From Patescibacteria group bacterium (GTDB lineage: Bacteria; Patescibacteriota; UBA1384; XYA2-FULL-43-10; 1-14-0-10-43-13), in the NCBI GenBank assembly GCA_041674765.1, contig JBAYVE010000001.1:70177-134176 (forward strand): a DNA stretch of 64,000 bases. Direction: 5' to 3'. Numbering within the stretch: the first letter of the stretch is position 1; the number at the start of each line of letters is the position of its first letter. Of this stretch, positions 1 to 10,993 are shown in pieces. Under the pieces are notes generated by a model. That model made no database searches, was not told where the DNA came from, and was given only the letters and a program-made list of their open reading frames with translations. A program made the translations under genes and the position numbers.

Positions 1-1
1 T

Positions 2-400
2 GACTGGATCGACCCTGCCTCAGGCGGTAAAAGCGAAACTATTGTCAATCCGGCAATCTGCCATTCTGCAATTGGCAATTGCCTTAGAATGACTAAAACA
101 GGTTATGGTTATCATATGATTCTTCAAGGTATTGGAAAACTTCAAAAAGGAAAGACATACCGTCTTTCGGTTTGGGCCAAATCAGCTTCTGGAACGGCTC
201 TTGGCCACATAAACCTATATGATAGTGAGAATAGAATCTATAGTGAGACCATGGTGTATATCGGCACAGAGTGGACAAAGATTACAAAGGAGTTAACTGT
301 TTCGGAGGAAAATAACTATTATGATATATTCCTCTACAATGCGACATATTTTGACTATACAATTTACTATGATGATGTTTGGCTTGAACAGATTGATTAA
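2..400 (+). CDS. 3' part of a protein with a carbohydrate-binding (CBM4/9-like) domain, truncated by the window start
   Basis: The frame of ORF 89..400 is open back to position 2. Motifs GKTYRLSVWAKS, TEWTKI and IYYDDVWLEQ are typical of CBM_4_9 beta-sandwiches. Confidence 0.6.
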   Translation, partial: DWIDPASGGKSETIVNPAICHSAIGNCLRMTKTGYGYHMILQGIGKLQKGKTYRLSVWAKSASGTALGHINLYDSENRIYSETMVYIGTEWTKITKELTVSEENNYYDIFLYNATYFDYTIYYDDVWLEQID

Positions 401-444
401 GTTTGATAAATTTGTTCTAATTGTTATTTATTTACAAATGCTTT

Positions 445-1407
445 ATGGAAAAAGTATTGTTTTTAGGTTTGAATCATAGTGATATTAAGCTTGTTCACTC
501 TAGTGCGAGTAGGTTGAAAGTTGGTTTTTGTTTCGAAGAAAATATTCCAGCCAAGTTTTCTCCAGAGGTAGAGGTTATATGTCTAAGATATAAAATCAGC
601 TTAAAAAGACAGAAGATTGATCTCTTTCCCAATTTAAAAATGATTTGTGCGATGTCAACCGGCATGGATAATATTGATCTTGGATACTGCTCGAATCGAG
701 GAATCAAAGTTGTAAATCTTCCGGCATATGGTAGCTGCACAGTAGCTGAGTATGCTTTTGCTCTCGCACTGACGCTGTCAAAGAAAATAATCCAGAGCAG
801 GGTGAAGCAGCCGGGGTCAAAGGATTACACCACAATTCAGGGTATTGATCTATTTGGAAAAAAAGTGGCTATTTTAGGTACTGGGAAAATCGGCACTCAT
901 ATTGCCAGGATTGCTAACGGTTTTGGAATGCAGATCTTTGGTTTCGATAAGTTTCTGAACGAGGATTTGACAATAAAGTATGGGCTAGTCTATAAAAATT
1001 TAGAAGAACTGATTGGTTTAGGAGATTTCATTTTTCTTTCACTTCCTTTGAACGAAGAATCATACCATCTGATTGATCAAAGGATACTCCTTAACATTCG
1101 AAAAGATGCCTTCATCATCAATATCGGCAGGGGCGAGTTGATCGACACTTATGCTCTTCTTAACTCACTTATTGAAGGCAGAGTTGCCGGAGCTGCCCTT
1201 GATGTTCTCGAAGAGGAAAAATCAATTTTTGCCACGACAGAAGTGGAGAATAAGGAGATTTATGCTCTAAACCGAAAACTACTGAAGTTGGAGAACGTAA
1301 TTATAACCCCGCATAACGCTTTCAACACTGTCGAGTCTGTTGGAAGGATTATAAGAAATACAGTGGAAAGTGTTTCTCAATTTTATGATCAAAGCAAGAA
1401 GACTTGA
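445..1407 (+). CDS. D-isomer-specific 2-hydroxyacid dehydrogenase (D-lactate dehydrogenase-like)
   Basis: STGMDNID, GTGKIG, INIGRGELID, AALDVLEEE and ITPHNAF motifs. ATG at 445 is preferred over TTG at 421. Confidence 0.85.
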   Translation: MEKVLFLGLNHSDIKLVHSSASRLKVGFCFEENIPAKFSPEVEVICLRYKISLKRQKIDLFPNLKMICAMSTGMDNIDLGYCSNRGIKVVNLPAYGSCTVAEYAFALALTLSKKIIQSRVKQPGSKDYTTIQGIDLFGKKVAILGTGKIGTHIARIANGFGMQIFGFDKFLNEDLTIKYGLVYKNLEELIGLGDFIFLSLPLNEESYHLIDQRILLNIRKDAFIINIGRGELIDTYALLNSLIEGRVAGAALDVLEEEKSIFATTEVENKEIYALNRKLLKLENVIITPHNAFNTVESVGRIIRNTVESVSQFYDQSKKT

Positions 1408-1443
1408 ATATAGGAAGCTAAAACGCTATGATAAAAGCGCTAA

Positions 1444-2460
<1,017 letters not shown>

Positions 2461-2472
2461 CTCAAAGGACTT

Positions 2473-3636
2473 ATGGAAAAATTTATCCCATTCGGCCATC
2501 AAACAATAGAGGAAGATGATATAGCGGCGGTGAATCAAGTTCTGCGAAGCGATTGGCTTACTCAGGGACCAAACGTCCTTGCTCTTGAAGAGGAAATATG
2601 TTCTTATACCGGAGCAAAATATTGTGTGGCCGTCGCTAACGGTACTGCTGCTCTCCATCTGGCCGTCTTGTCTTTGGAGATTGAAGCAGGATGTGAAGGC
2701 ATAACAACTCCAAATACTTTTGCAGCTTCCGCTAATTGCTTGGTCTATGCAGACCTTAGGCCCATATTTGCGGATATCAGGCCGGATACTTACAATATTG
2801 ATCTCAAAGAGATCAAGAAGAAAAAAACTGAGAAAACCAAGGTGATAGTCGCCGTTGATTTTGCGGGCCAACCTGCTGATCTTGAAGAAATTCATGAATT
2901 TGCAAAGAAAAATAGTATTTATGTGATTGAAGATGCTGCTCATGCCATTGGCTCAAAATATCAAGATGGTAGCAGAGTTGGTTCCTGCAAATATTCAGAC
3001 ATCACAACTTTCTCATTCCATCCCGCCAAGAACATGACCACTGGTGAGGGCGGTGCAATCACAACAAATAATAAAGATATTTATGAAAGATTGAAGCTAC
3101 TCCGCTCCCACGGAATCACGAAGGAAACTGACAAGTTAGAAAAAAATCCTGGGCCTTGGTACTATGAGATGCAAACTCTCGGGTATAATTATAGACTCTC
3201 AGATATTCAAGCAGCACTTGGAGTTTCGCAAATCGGAAAAATCGAACGATTTTCAAAGAGAAGAAGAGAAATAGTTAAGTTTTATAACCAAAGGTTTACC
3301 AATATTAGCAATCTAATAGCACCCTTTGAAAAAGAGGGAGTCTATTCCGCTTTTCATCTTTATGTCCTTAAAATCGACTTCGAAGCAATTGGCAAAAGCC
3401 GCAAGGAAGTGATGAATCTACTCAGAGAAAAGGGCATCGGAACTCAGGTCCATTATATCCCCGTCCATCTCCAGCCGTATTATCAGGAAATTTACGGATA
3501 TCGAGAGGGAGACTTTCCGGTTGCTGAAGAATACTACGGGAAATGTGTAAGTATTCCCCTTTATCCCAAAATGACAGATTATGACGCAGAGTATGTAGCA
3601 GACACAATCAATAGTATTGTTAGGAGAGATGGATGA
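2473..3636 (+). CDS. pseC: UDP-4-amino-4,6-dideoxy-N-acetyl-beta-L-altrosamine transaminase
   Basis: DegT family motifs: WLTQGP, EDAAHAIG, SFHPAKNMTTGEGG, GYNYRLSDIQAALG, QVHYIPVH. Confidence 0.9.
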   Translation: MEKFIPFGHQTIEEDDIAAVNQVLRSDWLTQGPNVLALEEEICSYTGAKYCVAVANGTAALHLAVLSLEIEAGCEGITTPNTFAASANCLVYADLRPIFADIRPDTYNIDLKEIKKKKTEKTKVIVAVDFAGQPADLEEIHEFAKKNSIYVIEDAAHAIGSKYQDGSRVGSCKYSDITTFSFHPAKNMTTGEGGAITTNNKDIYERLKLLRSHGITKETDKLEKNPGPWYYEMQTLGYNYRLSDIQAALGVSQIGKIERFSKRRREIVKFYNQRFTNISNLIAPFEKEGVYSAFHLYVLKIDFEAIGKSRKEVMNLLREKGIGTQVHYIPVHLQPYYQEIYGYREGDFPVAEEYYGKCVSIPLYPKMTDYDAEYVADTINSIVRRDG

Positions 3637-4382
3637 ATATCCTAGCAATTATTCCTGCTCGCGGGGGTAGCAAAAGAATTCCATATAAAAATATCAAAGA
3701 TTTCCTTGGTCAGCCGATCATCAAGTATACTGTAGATTCAGCGGTCGAGAGTCAAATTTTCGATGAGGTGATGGTTTCTACAGACGATCCTAAAGTCGCG
3801 AAGATTGCCAGAGAATTTGGTGCAAGCATTCCTTTTCTGAGGACAAAGCATAACTCTAGTGATATGGCTACAATTGCCGATGTTATTACCGAAGTTTTAG
3901 AAGGATACCATCAAAAGGGAAAAGAATTCGATTATTTCTGCTGTGTTTTGCCGGCTGTGCCAACTATCAGTTCCAAGCGAATCAAACTTGGTCTTGATTT
4001 GTTAAGAAAAGAGAAAGCGGACGCCGTTTTGCCTCTTGTTAAGTTTGACTATCCCATTCAACGCGCCCTTCGTATTGAACGGGCCAATGTTGAGATGATT
4101 GAACCCAAGAATGCAAACGTAAGATCTCAGGATTTAGAAGCGACATATCATGATGCCGGACGTTTTTATTGGGCCAGAACAAAATCCTTCCTCGAGCAGA
4201 AAACTTTGTTTATGAGACATATGTTGCCCATAATAATTCCCTCGTGGGAAGTTCAGGATATTGATACTCCGGAGGATTGGAAAATTGCTGAGATTAAATA
4301 TAAGATCAAAGAGATGATCGGGGAAGAGCAAACGTCATTTTATGATGCAACCGATAATAAGCTAATCAAAGTGATCGAATGA
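3633..4382 (+). CDS. pseF: Pseudaminic acid cytidylyltransferase
   Basis: IIPARGGSKRIPYKNI, YPIQRAL, RSQDLE.YHDAG.FYW and QDIDTPEDW motifs. Confidence 0.88.
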   Translation: MNILAIIPARGGSKRIPYKNIKDFLGQPIIKYTVDSAVESQIFDEVMVSTDDPKVAKIAREFGASIPFLRTKHNSSDMATIADVITEVLEGYHQKGKEFDYFCCVLPAVPTISSKRIKLGLDLLRKEKADAVLPLVKFDYPIQRALRIERANVEMIEPKNANVRSQDLEATYHDAGRFYWARTKSFLEQKTLFMRHMLPIIIPSWEVQDIDTPEDWKIAEIKYKIKEMIGEEQTSFYDATDNKLIKVIE

Positions 4383-5245
4383 AGCTGGCGCTAGGAACAG
4401 TACAATTTGGACTCGATTATGGTATTAGCAACTCTTCTGGAAAAGTGGAAGAGTCCGAGGTCCTAGAGATACTAAAGTTAGCAAAAGATTCCGGTGTTGA
4501 CGTTCTTGATACGGCGTATGCTTACGGTGAAAGTGAGCAAGTTATTGGTAAACACTTGAAAAGTCATCCTTCGGATTTCAAGGTAATTTCAAAGGTTCCT
4601 GACTGCAATTTTGATTCAGTCGAAATCTTTGTGGACGAGAGTTTGAAAAGATTGCAACTCAAGAAACTATATGGATATTTGTTTCATAACTTTCAAATTT
4701 ATAAAAAAAATCCATTTGCACTAGCCGAACTGAATCACTTAAAGAATGTAGGCAAAATAGAGAAAATAGGTTTTTCTCTTTATTATCCCTCTGAACTTGA
4801 AGAAATCATTGATGGAAAAATTACCTGTGATATTATACAGATCCCGTATAGCCTTTTTGATCAAAGGTTTGAAAGTTATTTGAGAATGGCCAAAGAACAT
4901 GGGATAGAGATTCATGCCCGTTCAGTTTTCCTTCAAGGTCTCGTATTTAAGAATCCAAGGGGCCTGGATCTGCAATTCGAAGGTATCCGTGCAAAGTTAG
5001 AGAAGCTCAATGCTCTTTCAAAAAACACCAAGATGCCAGTGTCTGCTCTCGCTTTAAATTTTGCTATTTTGAATCAGTATATCGATAAAGTTGTGATCGG
5101 GGTAGATAGCAGAGACAATCTAAGAGAGAATATAAGTGACTGCAGCTTATCTGATCAGGTAATCAAATTATTACCTGAACTGAAGAAAATGAGAGAAGAC
5201 GATTTAAATATAATCTTGCCGGTAAATTGGAGAAGTAAACAATGA
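4379..5245 (+). CDS. Aldo/keto reductase of the nonulosonate-cluster type
   Basis: LALGTVQFGLDYG, DTAYAYGESE and IHARSVFLQG motifs. Confidence 0.85.
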   Translation: MKLALGTVQFGLDYGISNSSGKVEESEVLEILKLAKDSGVDVLDTAYAYGESEQVIGKHLKSHPSDFKVISKVPDCNFDSVEIFVDESLKRLQLKKLYGYLFHNFQIYKKNPFALAELNHLKNVGKIEKIGFSLYYPSELEEIIDGKITCDIIQIPYSLFDQRFESYLRMAKEHGIEIHARSVFLQGLVFKNPRGLDLQFEGIRAKLEKLNALSKNTKMPVSALALNFAILNQYIDKVVIGVDSRDNLRENISDCSLSDQVIKLLPELKKMREDDLNIILPVNWRSKQ

Positions 5246-6006
5246 ACACCATTGCGATGATTCAAGCAAGGACAGGATCAACCCGATTGCCCAAAAAAGT
5301 ATTGCTCAAATTAGGAGGAAAGACCGTTCTTGAGCAGGTAATTGAGAGAGTCCAAAGGAGTAGGAGTATAGATGAAGCTATGGTTGTTACGACTTTAAGT
5401 ATCAACGATCTGGCGATAGTTAAATTATGCGCCGAATTAGGCATTAGGGTTTTCTGTGGATCAGAGGCAGACGTTTTGGACCGCTTCTATCAGGCAGCTA
5501 AAATATTAAAGCCTCAAAATATCGTTAGAGTTACTGCCGATTGCCCTTTAATTGATCCTGATATAATAGATCTTGTTGTTTTAGAGCATAAAAAAAATAA
5601 GAATGACTATACTTCAAATGTTTTGGAAGAGACATTCCCTGACGGTCAGGACAATGAAGTTATCACAATGGCTGCCTTGGAGCAGGCTTGGAATGGTTCC
5701 AATCTTCTCTCGGAGCGTGAGCATGTTACACTTTACATTAGGAATAATCCTGATATCTTCAAGCTTGGGAGCGTGAGGTCAAAAGTAGATTACAGCCGGA
5801 AGCGCTGGACCTTGGACACAAGGGCTGATTATAATTTTTTGGTTGAAATATATAATAAGCTTCATAGCGGAAACCATGTTTTCGGGATGCGTGACATTCT
5901 TGACCTTTTAGAGAAGAACCCCGAGCTTGAAAAAATAAACATTAATATTGATCGGAACGAAGGGCTCAAGAAATCTTTATTAGTTGATAAAATTATGGAT
6001 AAATAG
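5242..6006 (+). CDS. SpsF-like cytidylyltransferase family protein
   Basis: IQARTGSTRLPKKVL, GSEADVLDRF, RVTADCPLIDP, REHVT and RWTLDT motifs. Confidence 0.85.
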   Translation: MNTIAMIQARTGSTRLPKKVLLKLGGKTVLEQVIERVQRSRSIDEAMVVTTLSINDLAIVKLCAELGIRVFCGSEADVLDRFYQAAKILKPQNIVRVTADCPLIDPDIIDLVVLEHKKNKNDYTSNVLEETFPDGQDNEVITMAALEQAWNGSNLLSEREHVTLYIRNNPDIFKLGSVRSKVDYSRKRWTLDTRADYNFLVEIYNKLHSGNHVFGMRDILDLLEKNPELEKININIDRNEGLKKSLLVDKIMDK

Positions 6007-6014
6007 GAGAAAAT

Positions 6015-7325
6015 ATGGCAAAAGGCCAAAAATTATATAAAAAGGCTAAAAAGATAATTCCGGGAGGGACACAACTTCTATCCAAGAGACCCGAAATGTT
6101 TCTGCCGGAGAATTGGCCCGCTTATTATAGCAAAGCAAAGGGTTGCAAGATCTGGGATTTGGATGGCAAAGAGTATGTTGACATGAGTTATATGGGGATT
6201 GGGGCCTGTACTTTGGGCTATGCCGACCCAGATGTTAACAAAGCTGTCAAAAAAGTTATTGATGAAGGCAGCATGACAACTTTGAATGCACCTGAGGAAG
6301 TAGAGCTAGCTGAATTATTATGTGATCTTCATCCTTGGGCTGGTATGGTAAGATATGCTCGTTGTGGAGGGGAAGGTATGGCAATTGCAGTTAGGATAGC
6401 AAGAGCGAAGACCGGAAAAGACAAAGTATTATTTTGTGGTTACCATGGCTGGCATGATTGGTATTTGTCGGCCAATCTGGCAAACGACAAAGCTTTAGAT
6501 GGACATTTAATTCCAGGCCTCAGTCCCAATGGAGTGCCTAGGGGTCTGAAAGGCACCTCATATCCGTTTCTCTATAATGATACGAAGGCCTTCCTTAAGT
6601 TAATAGATAAGCATCGAGGACAGATTGCGGCAGTAGTGATTGAATCTGTCAGAAATCACAATCCTAACAAAGACTTTTTTGAAACTATCAGAGCAGTGAC
6701 CAAAAAGGAGAACATCATTCTTATCGTTGATGAGGTTACTGCTGGCTGGAGAGTAAATTTAGGAGGTGCTCATCTACTTTATGGCCCCGAACCTGACATT
6801 GCTGTTTTTGGTAAGGGTATGAGCAACGGGATACCGATGGCTGCCATAATCGGCAAAAAAGAGGTGATGTCTTCGGCACAAGATTCTTTTATCAGCAGTA
6901 CATTTTGGACCGAAAAAATGGGGCCTGCCGCTGCGTTGGCAACTATTAAAAAATTCAAGGAAAGTAAAGTACAGGACCATCTAATCAAAATTGGCAAAAT
7001 GGTCCAGGAAGGATGGGCCAAAGCAGCAAAGAAAGCCGATTTAAAAATAGAAATTGAGGGTATCTATCCGCTTGGTCACTTTACTTTTGTCTATGACAAA
7101 CCTCTAGTTTTGAAGACTTTGTATACCCAAATTATGCTAGAAAAGGGCTACCTTGCTACGACCGCATTTTATTCATCTTTTGCCCAAAAAGAGATCGATG
7201 TTAAGAAATATCTTAAAGCCACAGAAGAGGCCTTCACAATCATTGCCGAAGCGATTCAAAAGGGTAGCGCTGAAAAAATGTTAAAAGGCCCAGCTTGCCA
7301 CTCAGGTTTTGCGAGGCTGACTTAA
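6015..7325 (+). CDS. Class III PLP aminotransferase (glutamate-1-semialdehyde aminomutase-like)
   Basis: IPGGTQLLSKRPE, CGYHGWHDW, DEVTAGWR, FGKGMSNG and SSTFWTE motifs. Confidence 0.85.
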   Translation: MAKGQKLYKKAKKIIPGGTQLLSKRPEMFLPENWPAYYSKAKGCKIWDLDGKEYVDMSYMGIGACTLGYADPDVNKAVKKVIDEGSMTTLNAPEEVELAELLCDLHPWAGMVRYARCGGEGMAIAVRIARAKTGKDKVLFCGYHGWHDWYLSANLANDKALDGHLIPGLSPNGVPRGLKGTSYPFLYNDTKAFLKLIDKHRGQIAAVVIESVRNHNPNKDFFETIRAVTKKENIILIVDEVTAGWRVNLGGAHLLYGPEPDIAVFGKGMSNGIPMAAIIGKKEVMSSAQDSFISSTFWTEKMGPAAALATIKKFKESKVQDHLIKIGKMVQEGWAKAAKKADLKIEIEGIYPLGHFTFVYDKPLVLKTLYTQIMLEKGYLATTAFYSSFAQKEIDVKKYLKATEEAFTIIAEAIQKGSAEKMLKGPACHSGFARLT

Positions 7326-7326
7326 A

Positions 7327-8604
7327 ATGTTAGACCAAAAAGAAAAAAAATCAATTTTAGATGGTATTATCCCTGATATGCTCCTCCGCTATCCGAGGTT
7401 TTGGCTTCCCAAAATAAAGGATATGCCGTCGATAATTGAAGGTTTGATTGATGAAATGGAAGCACTTGATAGCGACGCAAGGGCTGGCATCCACATTTCT
7501 AAAGAAGATGCTATGAGGATTAAAGCTGTCTGGGTAGTCTCCGGTACCGGTACTTATTTTGAACCGATCACAACTACTAGCGGCGACCAAATCTATAAAG
7601 ATAAGCCCTGGGCGTATTTCACTGACAAAAAAAGAATCGATCATGGGGTGGCAGTTGTGTTAGCTATTACCAAAGAGAAATTAGGTTCTGCTGCTGATGA
7701 TAACATCCGACGCCATATTTCTAAAAGTGGCCCCTTTCTGGTATATAACGGAATCCCCCTCCAAAATGAGGCTTTAGAATCAATGACAATGAAGGAATCT
7801 TTTCAACTTCCTCCCGACAAACTTTTTATTGCGCCAGGCAAAGTTGCGAGAACACTCGATCAGGTGAAGCAGATTTCTTTCCCAAAAGATTGTCAGTTCA
7901 AAGTTAATGATTTAATCGGTGTTGTTACACATGTTCATCACTATACAAGGGTAATTAGGATGGTAAACCGCTTTAGACCGCTACCTGATGGAGTGAGTAT
8001 AAGGCCATTTTTATTGCCAATCCCGGAAGAGGGAAGAGCATATTCCATGCAAGCTGAAATAAGAGGAATTCTTGCCTATTCGGCGGAGGGAGCTGCAACA
8101 CTAGAAAATTATCCTATCGAAAAGAATCCTAAACAGTCTATTGAAATTTTGCCGGTAGACAAGTCGGATATGCTGTCAGTTTTTAATTTATCAAATGAGC
8201 CTGATGTCAGAGCTGTTTCTTTCAATAATGATGAAATCAAACTGGAAGATCATAAAAAATGGTTTGCTAAAAAAATTGCCGATAAAGATGCAATTTTTCT
8301 AAAGGCAGAAGTAGATGGCAAGTTTGCTGGTCAGATTCGATATGAAATAGAGGGAAATGAAGCACTTGTCGGGATCAGTGTTTCAAAAGATTTTCGAGGT
8401 ATGGGAATTGGTTCAATCCTTCTGTCGAAGGGGGCAAAGTACATTGCTGAAAATAGGCCAGAAGTAACGCTGATTCGAGCTTACATCAAAATCAGTAACC
8501 AAGCCTCGGTGCATCTTTTCGAAAAAAATGGATTTAAGCTGAACAAAAAGGAAACCATCGACGGCAATGAGGCTTTTCTGTATTTATTGGAGATAACAGT
8601 ATGA
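7327..8604 (+). CDS. Fusion of a DUF218/YdcF-like N-terminal domain with a PseH-like GNAT N-acetyltransferase
   Basis: C-terminal ~155 aa: NEPDVRAVSF..EDHKKWF, GQIRY, FRGMGIGS, N.ASVHLFEKNGF. N-terminal VWVVSGTG, RIDHG, RTLDQ and VVTHVHHYTRV resemble the DUF218 motifs. Confidence 0.65.
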   Translation: MLDQKEKKSILDGIIPDMLLRYPRFWLPKIKDMPSIIEGLIDEMEALDSDARAGIHISKEDAMRIKAVWVVSGTGTYFEPITTTSGDQIYKDKPWAYFTDKKRIDHGVAVVLAITKEKLGSAADDNIRRHISKSGPFLVYNGIPLQNEALESMTMKESFQLPPDKLFIAPGKVARTLDQVKQISFPKDCQFKVNDLIGVVTHVHHYTRVIRMVNRFRPLPDGVSIRPFLLPIPEEGRAYSMQAEIRGILAYSAEGAATLENYPIEKNPKQSIEILPVDKSDMLSVFNLSNEPDVRAVSFNNDEIKLEDHKKWFAKKIADKDAIFLKAEVDGKFAGQIRYEIEGNEALVGISVSKDFRGMGIGSILLSKGAKYIAENRPEVTLIRAYIKISNQASVHLFEKNGFKLNKKETIDGNEAFLYLLEITV

Positions 8605-9647
8605 GGATAGGTAGTAAAGAGATAAATCAAGATACTCCTGCTTTTATTATTGCAGAGTTATCGGCAAATCATGGCAACGATTTTGAAATTTCAAAAAAAA
8701 CGATTGCTGCTATGAAAGAGTCCGGTGCCGATGCTGTCAAAGTTCAAACTTATACTGCCGATACTATCACAATTAATTCTGACAAAAAGGACTTTTGGAT
8801 AAGTCAGGGCACTATTTGGGACGGTAAAAATCTTCATAAATTGTATGAAGAAGCCGCCATGCCTTGGGAATGGCAGCCAAAATTAAAAAAATTTGCCGAA
8901 GAGTTGGGATTGATCTTTTTTTCCTCACCTTTTGACAAAACTGCGGTTGATTTTCTCGAGGAAATGGATGTTCCTGCTTACAAAGTTGCTTCTTTTGAGA
9001 TTACCGATATTCCATTAATAGAGTATGTCGCAAGAAAACAGAAACCGGTGATTATGTCTACTGGAATTGCTGAATTAAGTGAAATCGAAGAGGCAATCAA
9101 TGCTTGCCACAGAATGGGCAACAATGATGTTATTTTGTTAAAATGTACTTCGGGCTACCCCGCTCCATACGAAGAGATGAACTTGTTGACGATTGCTGAT
9201 ATGAAGGTAAGATTCGATGCATTAGTCGGATTGTCTGATCATTCATTGGGCATAGAAATACCAGTTGCCGCAGTTGCTTTAGGGGCTAAAATTATTGAGA
9301 AACACTTTATTCTTGAGCGTACAATCGGTGGCGCAGACGCTTCTTTTTCCTTGGAGCCGGCTCAATTTAAGCAAATGGTAGATGTTGTTAGAAATACTGA
9401 GCAAGCGCTAGGAAAAATCAACTATGATCTTTCCGAAAAGTCGAAAAGAAGCAGAGAGTTTTCCAGATCCCTCTACGCTGTTCAAGATATAAAAAAAGGT
9501 GAAAAATACACTGAGCAGAATGTACGTTCGATTAGGCCTGGCTTCGGATTACCCCCGAAGCATCTGATGCAAATTATTGGCAAAGAGGCGGCTTGCCAAA
9601 TTGAAAAAGGAACACCCCTAAATTGGAAGCTAGTCAAAAATGATTAA
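8601..9647 (+). CDS. pseI: Pseudaminic acid synthase
   Basis: IAELSANHG, QTYTADT, KVASFE, LKCTSGYP, GLSDH and IEKHF motifs plus a C-terminal SAF domain (VRSIRPGFG). Confidence 0.9.
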   Translation: MRIGSKEINQDTPAFIIAELSANHGNDFEISKKTIAAMKESGADAVKVQTYTADTITINSDKKDFWISQGTIWDGKNLHKLYEEAAMPWEWQPKLKKFAEELGLIFFSSPFDKTAVDFLEEMDVPAYKVASFEITDIPLIEYVARKQKPVIMSTGIAELSEIEEAINACHRMGNNDVILLKCTSGYPAPYEEMNLLTIADMKVRFDALVGLSDHSLGIEIPVAAVALGAKIIEKHFILERTIGGADASFSLEPAQFKQMVDVVRNTEQALGKINYDLSEKSKRSREFSRSLYAVQDIKKGEKYTEQNVRSIRPGFGLPPKHLMQIIGKEAACQIEKGTPLNWKLVKND

Positions 9648-10974
9648 ATTATTCCGAATTTTCATCGAAAAGTTGAAAAAAGATGCTAATTTCAGACAAG
9701 TTTTCTCTAATGTTGTTTGGCTTTATTTTGATAGTTTTTTCCAAATGGCAGTGGGCTTTCTAATCGGTGCTTGGGTGGCTCGTTATCTTGGTCCGGAACA
9801 ATATGGCAAACTGAATTATGCGATCTCTTTTACCGCTTTGTTTGGAATCTTTACTACTTTTCAGATCAATAATGTGGTTGTGAGACAAATTATAAAACTT
9901 CCGGATAGGAAGAACCAAATATTCGGTAGCGCGATTGTTATAAAAATGATCGGCTTTTTTATCTCCTCTGTTTTGATTTTTATTGCCACCCGCTTTACTA
10001 ATTTTGAGGATTCAACCATTAAAGTTCTAGTCCTAATTTATACGATAAGCTTATTTTTCCAAATACCAACACTTATCGGTTACTGGTTTGAATCGACATT
10101 GAAGAGTAAGTATACAACCATTACCAATACTATTGTTTTTATCATTTCTAGTATCCTTCGTGTTCTTTTGGTATTGGCGGGGGCGGGATTGGTCTATTTT
10201 GGTTTTATAGGTTTACTAGAATATATTCTTATATCAATATTTCTGATTACAGTTTACGCCCTGAACAAACAAAATATATTTGCCTGGAGAGCAGAATGGA
10301 AGGTAATTAAGTCTTTATTGGCTGAAAGTTGGCCAATTTTATTAGCCGCTATGTTCAGTGTAATTTATCTTAAGTTGGACAAGATTCTTGTAGGGGATAT
10401 GGTTAATCAAGCCACACTAGGCAATTACTCAATTGGGACTGCTATTACAGATCCTCTAGTTTTCGTAGCAACTGCAATTACGGTATCAGTCTATCCGGCA
10501 ATAATTTCTTTGAAAGACAACGATGAAAAACTTTATCGTCAGAGGCTCATATCTCTTGAAAAACTCTTGTTTGTACTCTCGCTGTGTCTGGCAATTCCGG
10601 TAACTTTGTTTTCCGGACAAATAATTCATCTTCTGTACGGTGGTCAATATAGCGAAGCTCCCATAATACTATCTATTTATATTTGGTCACTTGTGCCGGC
10701 CTTTTCTGGGGCCGCAGCGGTCAAAACTCTTTTTGTGGAAAAATTACAGCACTATATTCCCGTCAAAGCCTTTTTGGGAGCGCTAGTTAGTATATTACTT
10801 AACCTGATACTAATTCCTAAAATTGGCGCTATCGGGGCTTGCATAAGCGGTGTATCAGCCTCAATAATGGTCAATTATTTGTCAAATTATTTTTTCAAAG
10901 CAACTAGACCGCTTTTTCTGATTCAGACTAGATCATTCTTGGAGGTCATCTTTTTCTGGATTAAAAAAACCTGA
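9640..10974 (+). CDS. Wzx-type polysaccharide flippase
   Basis: ARYLGPEQYG motif, ~12 hydrophobic segments, LKLDKILVG, LNLILIPKIGAIGA. Confidence 0.85.
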   Translation: MIKLFRIFIEKLKKDANFRQVFSNVVWLYFDSFFQMAVGFLIGAWVARYLGPEQYGKLNYAISFTALFGIFTTFQINNVVVRQIIKLPDRKNQIFGSAIVIKMIGFFISSVLIFIATRFTNFEDSTIKVLVLIYTISLFFQIPTLIGYWFESTLKSKYTTITNTIVFIISSILRVLLVLAGAGLVYFGFIGLLEYILISIFLITVYALNKQNIFAWRAEWKVIKSLLAESWPILLAAMFSVIYLKLDKILVGDMVNQATLGNYSIGTAITDPLVFVATAITVSVYPAIISLKDNDEKLYRQRLISLEKLLFVLSLCLAIPVTLFSGQIIHLLYGGQYSEAPIILSIYIWSLVPAFSGAAAVKTLFVEKLQHYIPVKAFLGALVSILLNLILIPKIGAIGACISGVSASIMVNYLSNYFFKATRPLFLIQTRSFLEVIFFWIKKT

Positions 10975-10993
10975 TAATTGAAAGAGAGTCAAT

